This document shows positions 1 to 11,555 of a DNA stretch of 64,000 nucleotides, in pieces; positions within the stretch are counted from its first letter, which is position 1; every line of letters begins with the position of its first letter. Made by a program: the position numbers and the translations under genes. Origin of the DNA: the human T2T-CHM13v2.0 reference genome, Homo sapiens; assembly GCF_009914755.1 (NCBI RefSeq), contig NC_060932.1; one strand, written 5' to 3'. The notes beneath the pieces were generated by a model, which searched no databases, was not told where the DNA came from, and saw only the letters and a program-made list of their open reading frames with translations.

Positions 1-353
<353 letters not shown>

Positions 354-3300
354 TTATAGAGAATGTCTGTTAATTTCTTTAACTCCAAATTTGTGTTATG
401 TCCCTTGGTCTCCTGTCATACCATAAATTGTATTATTCATAAAATGGACAATTTGTCTACAGTTATTTCTTCTCAGTATGCTACATCTCTTTAGAATTTA
501 AACATAGAGTGTCTCCCAACCTGAAATTGAAAAACCAGAAAAATGTTTTCGGACACCTTTTATTTCCAGCTGTTTTTATGTCCTCTCCTGAATCCAAGTT
601 GAGGGTAAAGTCCATTCATCAGCATTTCTCCTCAACTCACAACAACCTCATTCCACTCCAGTATGATGTTTGTCCCCACAAATTGATGCACATAATTCTT
701 GCTGGCAGTGGTAATGTCCTAATAAAAAAATATCACGAGATGGCGTCAGACTTTACTTTATTTTCTAGCTCAGCAGAATTTGATTCCTGTCTGATAAGGA
801 AACCCTATTTTCCCTAGAAACTTTTCACTTTTGTCACAGGTTTGGTTCCCAGGGAACTGGATATAGATAAAGTTTAGTGTGCAGGATGTTTATTAGGAAG
901 TGATGTGAGGATCCACATCTGTGGAAAGGATTGGAGGGAAGCCTTATGTGCAAAGGGACAAGTCTAATGGCAGTGCAGCCTGACATTGTCACCTGGCCAC
1001 ACGGACAGAGCTGTAGAGCTAAGAAGTCCTCCCCTATTTGTCCCAACTGAATCAAATGGCAAAGCCTATGTACCCCTTGCCTCCATTAATGATTGTGTGC
1101 TTGCCACTTGTGGAGGATGAGACTTTGAAGCAGGTGGCTTTCTGTGGCTGAAGAAAACCTTAAATGTGCTGACAAAGCTTTCCAAAGAGACAGAGAATGG
1201 CATCTGCCAGGTATGTTGCCCCTTTCCAAAGAGGAAGCAACAAGGGTAATGGCCTCCAATGGCTCTGTATGCAGATAGGTGGACAGTAATGTCTGTCCTT
1301 CCTGTGACCTAAGAAGAACAGTTGGCAGACTTGCAGCCAGGCAGTTAGAGGTGACACAGTGTTAGGAGATAAACATCTGTCAGAAGCAGTGCTTCTTTGA
1401 ATCAGGTGTGACACGAGCCTTGCATCCCTTGCATGGACCCCTTCCCCATTATCTTGCTGTCCTACCTCATGAAGGTGGGTGGGTGCTGGCTGGTGGGTGG
1501 TCCCTGTACCAGGTACACTTTGCCTGCAGTCTTTCCACATGAGTTCCAAGGTACCCCATGTGGTCATCCATGAACGTTGTGTTTTCCTTATGCTGCATGT
1601 CCTTTGCCTTTGAGGAACACGTTTCATTTGACTCTGAGTCCAAACAACTCAAGTGTCCCTATATCTGTACATTGTCCTTCACTTAAGGGAATCTCCAATC
1701 CCTAATGACTTTCTTTTATTTTTGCTATTAATATTATAACAATTAACATTGTCATTATTATCTTCATTGTTGATATTCAGTTATTTTTATTAATAGAGTT
1801 ACTGTGAATTATTATATTGTAGCTACTTACACCAAGATGAAGATAATTTATTAGTTCAGGAAGAATCTGCATTCTGAAGACAAATAGAAGTTCCAGCTAC
1901 AGATGGGCAGACACATGCCCTCTCAATTCCTGATGGACCTCCTAGTGCCTTCTGGACCTAAGGGGCCTCCCTCAATGTTCCAAGATGCCACCAAGGCAGG
2001 GATCAGCTCGTGCATTCCTGAGAACATCCCGGATGAAGTGAGGCTCTGGAAAAATGCAAGAGTTTCCACATAATCCCAAAAAACACTACAGGTGAACTGG
2101 ATGCCACAGAAAGAGGAGTGGTCTTTGTCACAACGAAATCAACAAAATTATTTCGAAGTCAATTAGGAAACTCAGAAATCACTCTTGCTACCATTAAGAG
2201 GAAGAACAGGAGCCTGTGAATGGCATCCCTGGCCTACCTGAGACTCCAAAGATATTTCTCTGTGGCTTCTGACAGCAGAAATCTCTGTGATTTTCAGAAA
2301 GGCAGGGACAGCTCCTGCCAGCCCATCCTTCTGCAGAATGTGTCCCAGCAGATCAGTGGCATGGAACCATCATGGACAGCACAAAGGCTCAAGGGCAGCA
2401 TCCCAGGCCGGCCTGTGACTCTAGATAAGTTCTGAGTCCCCATGGGGGCTCAGGAAAGGTTAGTGATGACCTGGAAAGAAGGGACAGGCTGAAACCGCCC
2501 CTAAGCAATCTGCAGGATTCCAACTTCAGCAGGAAGCCAAGGACCAGCTATTACCACACCTGCGCCCCCTGAAAACGCTGGATACAATCCCACTCTGCAG
2601 AAAGTTCCACATAGAAGTGGCTGGGAATTTTGCCTTCTAGACTGCATTTTACACTGCCTCTGGACATGTGATGAGAAATTTAACATTGGTGTATCTAACT
2701 CTGACATTTTTCACGAAGTGATTTTTTAAAATATGGTAAAAAAGACAAAATATAATTCAAACATATGCATTATATGTCAAAGTATGCTTCGCTGGCATCA
2801 AGTAGACTCACCTTGAGATACAATCTTGGACAACCTCCATCTTCAGAATATCTAGTTTTTCAAACCAAAACTCTCCAACCAAAAATCAATAACATCAAAA
2901 GTTTGCAACTACAAGCCGACGGAAAATAAATACATGAATTCTACCACAGTGAATTGGACTGCACTGGGAAACACAGATGAAGAAAGCCAACACCGCTTTG
3001 TCCTTCAGTACCTGGCTCCCTTTTCAGCTCGTCTTGCGACTCCAGGCATTATGCCTGAAAAGTCTCCTGGACGCCTGTGAGGCTCTAATTCCCTGGGTCC
3101 CATTGTCATGTCTCTGGATTTGCGAAGATTAACCGGACCTTCTGTGGAACTCCCGTGTCCCTCAACTTTTGTGACATGTCCCCTAATTCTGCCCATGGTC
3201 ATCTGCACCTGCACGACTTAGGGTCCATGTTCCTTGGACGGGAAGAGACAGGCAGGAGTCGGAATGATGAACCAGCACACTGGGGCATTTTCTCATGTAG

Positions 3301-4302
3301 CCCAAGTGACCCCATGGTCTTCTTGAGCTTTGGAACCAGTCGCGTCCCCCTTGACACTGCACCCGACTCCCAGTCTCTCAATCTTGTTGGCCCTCCGGCG
3401 ATCTCCCGTTGGATGAATTGCATCTGCTGAAACTCCAGTCCCCTTTGATTTGTGCTTCATTAATTATTCATGATTCAGGTTGGAAGGCCTGCTGACGACC
3501 CCCTGTGGCCGTTTTCCGAGCTTTCCGGTCACATCGTTTCCTTCCACCCTCTTTGGTTCCTTGTGGTCCTGCTCCTTCTGCTGTCAGAGGAGCAGAGAGT
3601 TGATCTTATTGATTCTGGATACGGATACTTTGTAGGTGATCTGGATAATCAAGATAACGACCCTCAAAAGCGGCGGAAAGGGAGCAGCCATTTGGTGTGT
3701 CTCAGCAAATCCCGCTGAGTTCCGAGGCCGCCTAGGTATGCAATCCTGCTGAGAGTTGTTCCCAGGTCAGAGAATGGAGAGAGCCTGTGCATGATGGGAT
3801 ATCCCTGCCTAGATCTTTCAGTGAGTCTCTACCTCAGCTACTCTTAGGATCAGGGGGAGAACCATGGAAAGGCCCGGTGTCAGACATCCGGAAAGAAGAG
3901 GGATGAATGTTTCACCTCTGAAGTACATCCCAAATGTGGGAGTTAACTTCAGCTTTGCTGGGGTCTACTTGGCCAGCGAAACTCTGCCTGGTTCATTCGC
4001 ACATCCGGAAGCCACTTCACGGGGAGCCGTCGCAACCGGAACCACACACTTGGCATCGGCGGTTGAGCCAAATGGGGACTCGTGGTGCAAGCAACGCTCC
4101 CCACGTGTTAGCGTGCGTGAGATTCAATTGGCGGAATTTTACTAGGTGCGTGTTGGTAGAGCGGGGCTGAGGTTTTCTTGCTCCTGTGGATGTATAGGAA
4201 GTCAAAGGTCCTGCCCAGCCCTGCGGTCCCCTCAGTCAACTCTGTTTCGGAGACATAACGATTTGGATTGCTAACAAGTCAAGAAATGTTCAAGCCCTTG
4301 GA

Positions 4303-5323
4303 TGTAGGGAAAAGAAAGAGAGATCAGACTGTCACTGTGTCTATGTCGAAAGGGAAGACATAAGAGACTCTATTTTGAAAAGGACCTGTACTTTAAACAA
4401 TTGCTTTGCTGAGATGTTGTTCATTTGTAGCTTTGCCCCAGCCACTTTGCCCCAGCCGCTTTGACCCAACTTGGAGCACACAAAAACCTATGTTGTATAA
4501 AATCAAGGTTTAAGGGATCTAGGGCTGTGCAGGACGTGCCTTGTTAACCAAATGTTTACAAGCAGTATACTTTGTAAAAGTCATTGCCATTCTCTAGTCT
4601 CAATAAACCAGGGACACAATGCACCGTGGAAAGCCGCAGGGACCTCTGCCCTTGAAAGCAGGGTATTGTCCAAAGTTTCTCCCCATGCGATAGTCTGAAA
4701 TATGGCCTCGTGGGATGAGAAAGACCTGACTGTCCCCCAGCCTGACACCCGTAAAGCGTCTGTGCTGAGGTGTATTAGTCAAAGAGGAAAGCCTCTTGCA
4801 GTTGACATGGAGGAAGGCCACTGTCTCCTGCTTGCCCCTGGGAACTGAATGTCTCGGTGTAAAACCCGATCGTACATTTGTTCAACTCTGAGCTCGGAGA
4901 AAAGCTGCCCTGTGGCGGGAGGCGAGACATGTTGGCAGTAATGCTGCCTTGTTATTGTTTACTCCGCTGAGATGTTTGGGTGGAGAGAGACATAAATCTG
5001 GCCTACGTGCACGTCCAGGCATAGTACCTTCCCTTGAACTTAATTATGATATAGATTCTTTTGCTCACATGTTTTTTGTTGACCTCCTTATTATCACCCT
5101 GCTCTCCTAGTATATTCCTTTTTGCTGAAATAATGAAAATCATAATCAATAAAAACTGAGGGAACTCAGAGGCCGGTGCAGGTCCTTGGTGTGCTGAGTG
5201 CCGGTCCCCTGGACCCACTGTTGTTCCCCTATACTTTGTCTCTGTGTCTTATTTCTCTTCTCCGTCTCTCATCCCACCCGACTAGAAACACCCACAGGTG
5301 TGGAGGGGCAGGCCACCCCTTCA
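4303..5323 (+). mobile_element. Solo HERV-K(HML-2) LTR, LTR5A-like
   Basis: Starts TGTAGGGAAAAGAAAGAGAGATCAGA and ends GGCCACCCCTTCA; perfect 6-bp TSD CTTGGA (4297-4302 and 5324-5329); 1,021 bp. Confidence 0.96.
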
Positions 5324-5391
5324 CTTGGAAAATCAGTTACACACAAACACGGAATGAGAGTCAAAAGACAATACGTCATCTTTTTGAGAAT

Positions 5392-5397
5392 TTTATT
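5392..5397 (-). terminator. Candidate FAM90A polyadenylation signal AATAAA
   Basis: TTTATT on the + strand, ~540 nt downstream of the FAM90A stop and just before the LTR. Confidence 0.55.
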
Positions 5398-5937
5398 CAC
5401 TTCAAAACAAATTCAACACACCTGTTTACAAAGGCATTCCAGAGCCCAGTTTTCGAGGCTGAGGAAAGACCCCGAGAGCGCTTCGCACAGCACGCTTCCC
5501 AGCGTCCGAAACACTGCTCTCAGGGCGGGGCACAGCGGAAGGGCTGCACCTCTCAGGGTTCCCTAACTTTTCCCTTATTCAGTCATCTAGACAGCAAATA
5601 CACAGTAATTCCCCAGTTTCCTATTGACGTCCCAGCGGAAGTCTGACTCCTGCGCGTCACGCAGTTTCTGAGGCAACGAATCTCTGGCACGGAAGCTTTT
5701 CCTGGCGTGTTTCCGGAGAACCACGCGAACTACAACGTCCCTCACCAGAATTCAATGAGGCAGAGTCCCTGCATCTGCTCCCTGCCTGGCCTGGGCTCCC
5801 ACATCCACAGAAGCGCCACAGCCGGGGAGCTTCGGAGTCACCGCACAGAGTCTGCTCTCTGCTCTGCGCTCCTCAGTCCCACAGTCCCCTCCAAGTCACG
5901 GGAGCTGGAGGCCAAGGAGCCCCTGCCACCTGCAGTC

Positions 5938-8900
5938 TCACTGCAGGTCAGAATCGCTGTCCTCTGAGGAGGAGGAAACCTGAAGGTCTTCATAGAGGAC
6001 GTTCGGTGGGACACGAACACAGGGACCCTCAGACTTCTCTGACACATGAGGGCTCTGAGCGAGGAAGACTCCCAGCTTCTCAGGAGAGTGAAATGAGGGG
6101 GCCGCCAGGAGGCTGGAGCTCCAGCGTCTGTTTTCTAGTCTCCGGAAGAGCACTCTGAGAGGCTGGGCCCCATCATGGCTGGCCGCTGGGTGATGGGACA
6201 TGGTGCAGGCCTGGGCAGTGGGCAGGCAAGGTCTGCTGTGCGGAGGCTGCCGGTCGACGCCGGGCACCTGGGCGGGTGTCCTCCTGCCCATCTGGGGCGA
6301 CGTACTTGGTCCAAGTTCGGTTGCTGCTGGCGGAGGTTGGAGATTCTCCAGGGCCCCCAGCTCACCTCCCTGGATGGCGCTTTCGGGGATCTGGAAGGGA
6401 CCCAGTCTCGGTTTCTTGGGGAAGTTCAGGCAACCCTGAATCGGAGCCTGGGCAGGTCTCTTGGCTCCTGGTCTGAAGCTGAGATTGGAGCCTAGGCCCA
6501 AGCTGTGTGTGGCGGCTGGTGGGCCGGGCTGTCAGGTCACCGCAGGACGTTTGTCTTGTGCCTGGGGTCTGACGGCCTGGAGCAGGCCGTGGGTTTTGGA
6601 GGCAGCCTGGGGAACTTCTCGGCAGCCACCCTCACGGCTGCTGTGTGTCGGCTTCACCACGAGGAGAGGCTCGGGGCCCTGGTGCCTGACTGCAGGCTGA
6701 GGGATGTCGGCCGCAGCACCTGTCTGTCTTTCCTTTGGTCCAAGACTTGAGGAGGATCTCAGACTGGCTTTTCTGAGGGGAGACAGTGAAGCCAAGACGG
6801 AGCCTCTGCCAGACATTTCGGTAGCTGAGCGATCAGCGAGTTCAGGGTCCACGCACGGCCTCTTACTTGTTGTGTGGACCGGCATTGGCCGGCTTGCAAC
6901 CTGAAAGAGAGGAAACAACACAGGTTAGAAGTTCCTCAGCATGGAGCCAACGTGAAAATCAAGCACATCCAAAGACAAGGTGCACACGCCATGAAATTCT
7001 TAGTACAGTATCGACAGGCGGTCCTTGGAAGTAGAGACAGACCCTCCACCTGAGTGCTGATCAGGACAAGACACATGAACGATGCGCTCTCGAGCTATGT
7101 GTAGCTGATCTAAGCACACCATTGTTCAAAAGATCGCGTCTTGGGCATTAACTGGATCAAAGCGCCTCCACTCAGCCTTCCATGAAGTGGAACAGACTAA
7201 TGCCCTTCCGAAGGCAGGTTGGTGGCTCAAGGGTACTCAGGACGTCTTCTCTGATCACATGCATGTTCCAGAGTTTAGCCTTCTCCATGTTTGGGGCCTC
7301 TGAGGGACAAATTTCCTCATGCCGCTAGGAACATGTTGTTGGCAGGCTTGCCATAATTGGACAGAAAGAAAGCAACAGGAAATACGGCATCTTCAGATGC
7401 CTTCGCCTGGAATCAAATTGACCTGGAAGGATCGTGAAGTCCCTGACCCCAAGAAGGCAAGAAAGAGGGGTTCCCCGATTCCCTCCCGCAGACGGGAAGC
7501 TGAAAGGAAATCAACCAGGGTGACCTAGAGGACAAAAAGACCAGGGGCCCAGGGTGACACTCACCCTCAGAAAAACAGAAGATTCCGTGGATCCTTTTCG
7601 ATTTGGCAGCAGCTTCTCTGGAGGTTTCCCGGAAAATATGTGGAGGAGAGCCTTTCTCTGCGGGTCTTGTTGCCTGCAGAACAGAAAAAGGTCAGGCCAT
7701 GGCCCCTCGTTTTCCCCAGGAGACAGGGAGAACCCTGTCTGGGGCTCAGTCCCATTCCGTGTTTTGTGATACAGAAATGGACATCTGGTGCCCTTTCCGC
7801 CTCTGCACCTTCCCTCACGTGCCAACCTTCCCATCCTCCAGGTGGCCCTCTAGGCTTCCTAACTAAGGACTGTGATTTGGATTCCATCGCTTTTCCCCCT
7901 GTCGTGGGGAATCTGCACGAAGCACCCCCGCCTCTCCCCGTCCCTGAATCTCCCAGAGCCAAAGGAACTCCTGGGTGTGGAACCCCGGAGGACACGGAGC
8001 TCCGGCCTATTTCTCTGCAGCGTTCCTTCCCTGGCCCGGAGACGGAAAGGCACACGGTGTGCAGGTGCAGAGACACCATGTCCTTAGGAGGCAGTACCCT
8101 AAGAGTGGTGAAAACCCCTCCCACTGCTCACCTTGGTCTCTCTTCCTTCTCTCCCTTATCCTTGTTCAAGGGCCCCGGGTTGGCTTCAACCTGGGGCTTC
8201 CATGGTTTCAGGTTTTCCTTCCCTTCCTTTTTCCCCAAGGTCGGTGGAACCAGGGCTGCCTTCCAGCACTTCATGGGGCACCTGGTACTTCTGACCGTGT
8301 GGCCAAGGGCCCTGCAGTTTTTGTACTTGAGCTGTGGGTGGAAAGGAAGTGATGTCAGTGAGTGAGCTGAAGCCACAGGCAGCGATCCCACGTCAACATT
8401 GGGACGGATTGTGAATTCAGAGCTGAATAAGGATTCCAAAGAGGGGACACCAGCATGGGGGCCATTAAGTGCTGGGAGAGTTCGGATGCGATGTTCCCTC
8501 CCAAAGCCCATGTGACGGAGGAACTCTAAAAGGCAGGACTCAAGGTTCTAAGGGGCACGATGGTGAACCCGATGTCAACAGCACAGCCAAACGTGGCTAC
8601 ACAGGACTCTAAACAGAAAGGGAGGTTGCCCCCAAGAGTCTCTCAAGGGGCCTATCGGGCCGCGGAGGAGGTCCCAAGCCACGCCCACCTTGGATGGGAA
8701 AAGCAACCTGGGTGGTGGTGACAGAACTCTTTGGAATCCAACCCAGTCTCTGAGGACCGTGTGACAGCCCCTCCCCCCGTCCCCACCCCCACCCCGATAC
8801 CCAAGAGATCCAGGGCTAGACTTACCCTGGGATCTTCTTCATCGGGCGGGGGAGCCCTTGGCCCAACTGGGGCCCTCCGCTGCTTCTGGAGGGTCTGGGC

Positions 8901-8948
8901 TCTCACCAGTCTCTTTGCCCCAGGTTTGGGGTCACGACGTGCCGTCAT
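5938..8948 (-). pseudogene. FAM90A: FAM90A-family gene copy with one premature stop (likely annotated as a pseudogene such as FAM90A2P or FAM90A25P)
   Basis: Coding exons 8948-8826, 8331-8132, 7673-7565 and 6900-5938 all have GT-AG ends and total 1,395 nt (464 codons + stop). Translation MTARRDPKPGAKRLVRAQ...LRVLFRRLEN..EDSDSDLQ matches FAM90A. In-frame TGA at 6534-6532 (codon 267); first Cys of the zinc knuckle is Tyr (LKYKNC..GH..C). Confidence 0.93.
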
Positions 8949-10085
8949 CTTCGTCTCCTGGGGGTTTTGTGACCGCCTTTTTCAGGGGTTGACTGTTGGG
9001 TCACCTGAAACACACACAAACACACACATGTGGATGGTTAAGCACGTTGGATATTCACACACCCACAGGAAGCCCCCCGCTAACTCCTTGCCGGTGTGGT
9101 CATGAGGAGACCTCACCACCAGTCGGTCAAATCTGTGGAACACAATGTGCTGTGCGCATCCTCAGATATTGTGTGTTCCTCTGCCATGATTACCTAGTCC
9201 AAGAGTAAACTTCGCCTGCCACAGGGCCTGTGGCCTAGGTATGGGGAGTTGAGCTTTCAACTCCAAACTAACAACTGATTCTGGAGACTGGACTTAGGTC
9301 TATTACGATTCACTCCGGTAGAAGACACGATGATTCTATCTCCCTTGACGGACAGAATGATCGAAGCCACAGGGCATGGCATTTGTCACCCTTTGGCAGG
9401 TCTGTTTGAAATCTGGGATAAGGGATGCTTCCTGTCACAACTTGAATCGCTACTCTTGCCATTTCATTAGGCGACTTCCAAACACAAATTCATAGAGAGA
9501 AGTTATCTTCCTCTCTACCACACTAGCAGGTGATGGTCTTTCCTGTTCTATCTTTTTGGCTTTAGCTCCAGCCCCTCTTTATTTATTTTTCTGGTATTTT
9601 ACACGTGCCACACGAATTCATCTAAACAAACGGTGAATAAGTGCCATATCGTATCGACGTCTTACACCGCTGAAGGGCAAACCACCCTTTTTTCCAAAGT
9701 CCTTTTTCCATTTACCCACCAATTCAGCATGCTGCAGTACATTTCTTTTCACATTCCCATCTTGGTCTTCTCCCACACGTGGAGACGGAAATGCTTTCTC
9801 GTTTTCTGTTCCAAGAATTACTAGTAACGAGAACACATCCTACCCCATCAGCAAGGCCCAGTGTGATCGGTTTCTCTCGGCGTCCTTTGTCTCTTCCCAC
9901 CCACCCCTCAGGGTTTGCGTGAAAAAAACAACTGTACAGTGAAACTAACCTGAAATTACACGTCTACTTTCTTTCCCCGGCTGGCGCTGAGATGGGCAGG
10001 TGCTGCAGCAGCCCGGCTGGAAGCGATGCAGCATCCAGGACGACGGAGGAAGGGGCAGAGAGGGACCTCTGCTTTCCAGGCTGCC

Positions 10086-10174
10086 TTTTATACTGCCTCT
10101 GGTCACCTGACGTGGAACGTACCCTAACCTAATCAGTTACATGTAAGTTAATTGCAATTAACTTAATCCAATTA
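10086..10174 (-). promoter_or_regulatory. Candidate FAM90A promoter: TATAAAA box plus DUX-type homeodomain motifs
   Basis: TATAAAA on the - strand at 10092-10086; TGACGTGG at 10108-10115; TAACCTAATCA at 10125-10135 (fits the DUX4 consensus TAAYYBAATCA); near-matches TAACTTAATCC (10159) and TAATCCAATTA (10164). Confidence 0.65.
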
Positions 10175-10915
10175 CATGACCCGGAAAGGTCTATCTGCAC
10201 AGCCCACTCTAAGATCATGTCCACTGCTGACAGACATTCTAAAACCTACGTGTACAGCTGCAAGCTTTGAAGAATAGATGTTCCCCGTCAGACATGTAAC
10301 ACTGGTGCCTGTACCCCTGTCTTTTTTTCCATCTTTTTTGTTTTTGTGTTTTGTTTTGTTTTAAAAAATGTGGTAAAATAGACACCTTTTAATTGGACCA
10401 TATTTACTCTACCTCGACGTAGGCCTCAGTGTCTTCAAGGAGATTCTCCTTGACATGCAGTCATGGCCATGATCCATCTTCAGAGTTTCTCTTTCTTCCC
10501 CACGGTAGGTCTGTCAGCAGAGAACCCTGACCACACCCTCATGTGTTTTCTCCTCCAGGAGGCGCTTGGAAACCACCGTCAATTGGACCGCACTGGGAAA
10601 CACAGATGAACAAAGTCAACACCGCTTTGTCCTTCAGTGCCTGGCTCCTTTTTCAGCTCGTCTTGCGACTCCAGGTATTGGAGTCCAGGGAGGGGTACGT
10701 CGCCTTTACCCTGTGCTTGCCACGATCTTGTCTCCTTAATCCTCACTGCAGTTCTCTGCCATAGAGTCTTATACTGCTTTACATGTGGGAAACTGAGGCT
10801 CAGAGAGTTTCACAGCAGGGCAGGGAGCCCAGATGTGAATCTGTAGATACCAAACTTTCTAATTTTTCAGTAGTTTCCAAGCATCTTTTATTTTTCTTGT
10901 TTCTTCGTTGGTGTC

Positions 10916-11210
10916 TTTTTTTTTTTTTTTTTTTTTTTTGAGACAAAATCTCTGTGCCCAGGCTGAGGTGCAGTGGTGTGATCTCAGCTCACTGCAACCT
11001 CGACGTCTCACATTCAACAATTCTCATGCCTCAACCTCCCGAGTGGCTGGGACTACAGGTGCCCACCACACCCAACTTATTTTTGTATTTTTAGTAGAAA
11101 CACGGTTTTGCCATGTTGGCCAGGCTGGTCTTGAACTCCTGACCTCAGGTGATCCACCCGCCTTGGCCTCCCAATATGCTGGAATTATTGATATGAGCCA
11201 TTGGGCCCGG
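10916..11210 (-). mobile_element. Alu SINE
   Basis: Poly-T followed by the reverse Alu dimer. Confidence 0.93.
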
Positions 11211-11411
11211 TCATGTCATTGGTGCCTTAACCAAGCCTCTTAATTTTTCAAACGGAAGAGCCCCTGTCCCTCAGTTACGGCTGCTGAGCCCTTTCAAGGT
11301 GAGTCAGTGAGGAGGGAGAAAAGCGGAAGTGGTGTGGGAAGAGGCGGGGTCTGGGCCAGCTGCTGGTCCTGCTCTCCTCCCTCCTTTGGCCTCTAGGCTC
11401 CCAGGAGTGGT

Positions 11412-11555
11412 TTCGAACCTGCGCCATGTGCTCTGGAGGCTGTGGCAAGGCAGGCGCGGCTTGGAACCCGCACCATGTGCTCTGGGGGCTGTGGCAAGGC
11501 AGGGGCAGCTTGGAACCTGCGCCATGTGCTCTGGGGGCTGTGCCAGGGCAGGGGG
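11412..11555. repeat. ~49-bp tandem repeat, ~3 copies
   Basis: TTGGAACCTGCGCCATGTGCTCTGGGGGCTGTGGCAAGGCAGG.. repeated at about 11412, 11461 and 11509. Confidence 0.85.

Larger units (their letters stand above)
2943..10679. repeat. One FAM90A tandem-repeat unit (~7.6 kb) with ~108-bp terminal redundancy
   Basis: 2943-3050 and 10572-10679 are a direct repeat (8 mismatches in 108 bp by eye) at an offset of 7,629 bp; the interval holds an LTR5A and a FAM90A gene. Confidence 0.85.

Noticed and set aside
3864-4145. 93-aa ATG ORF with faint resemblance to a USP17 His-box region
   Set aside because: No convincing catalytic motif, and the nucleotides look more like a degraded L1 remnant.
7640-8365. 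241-aa + strand ORF
   Set aside because: Antisense shadow over GC-rich FAM90A exons and introns; no recognisable domain.
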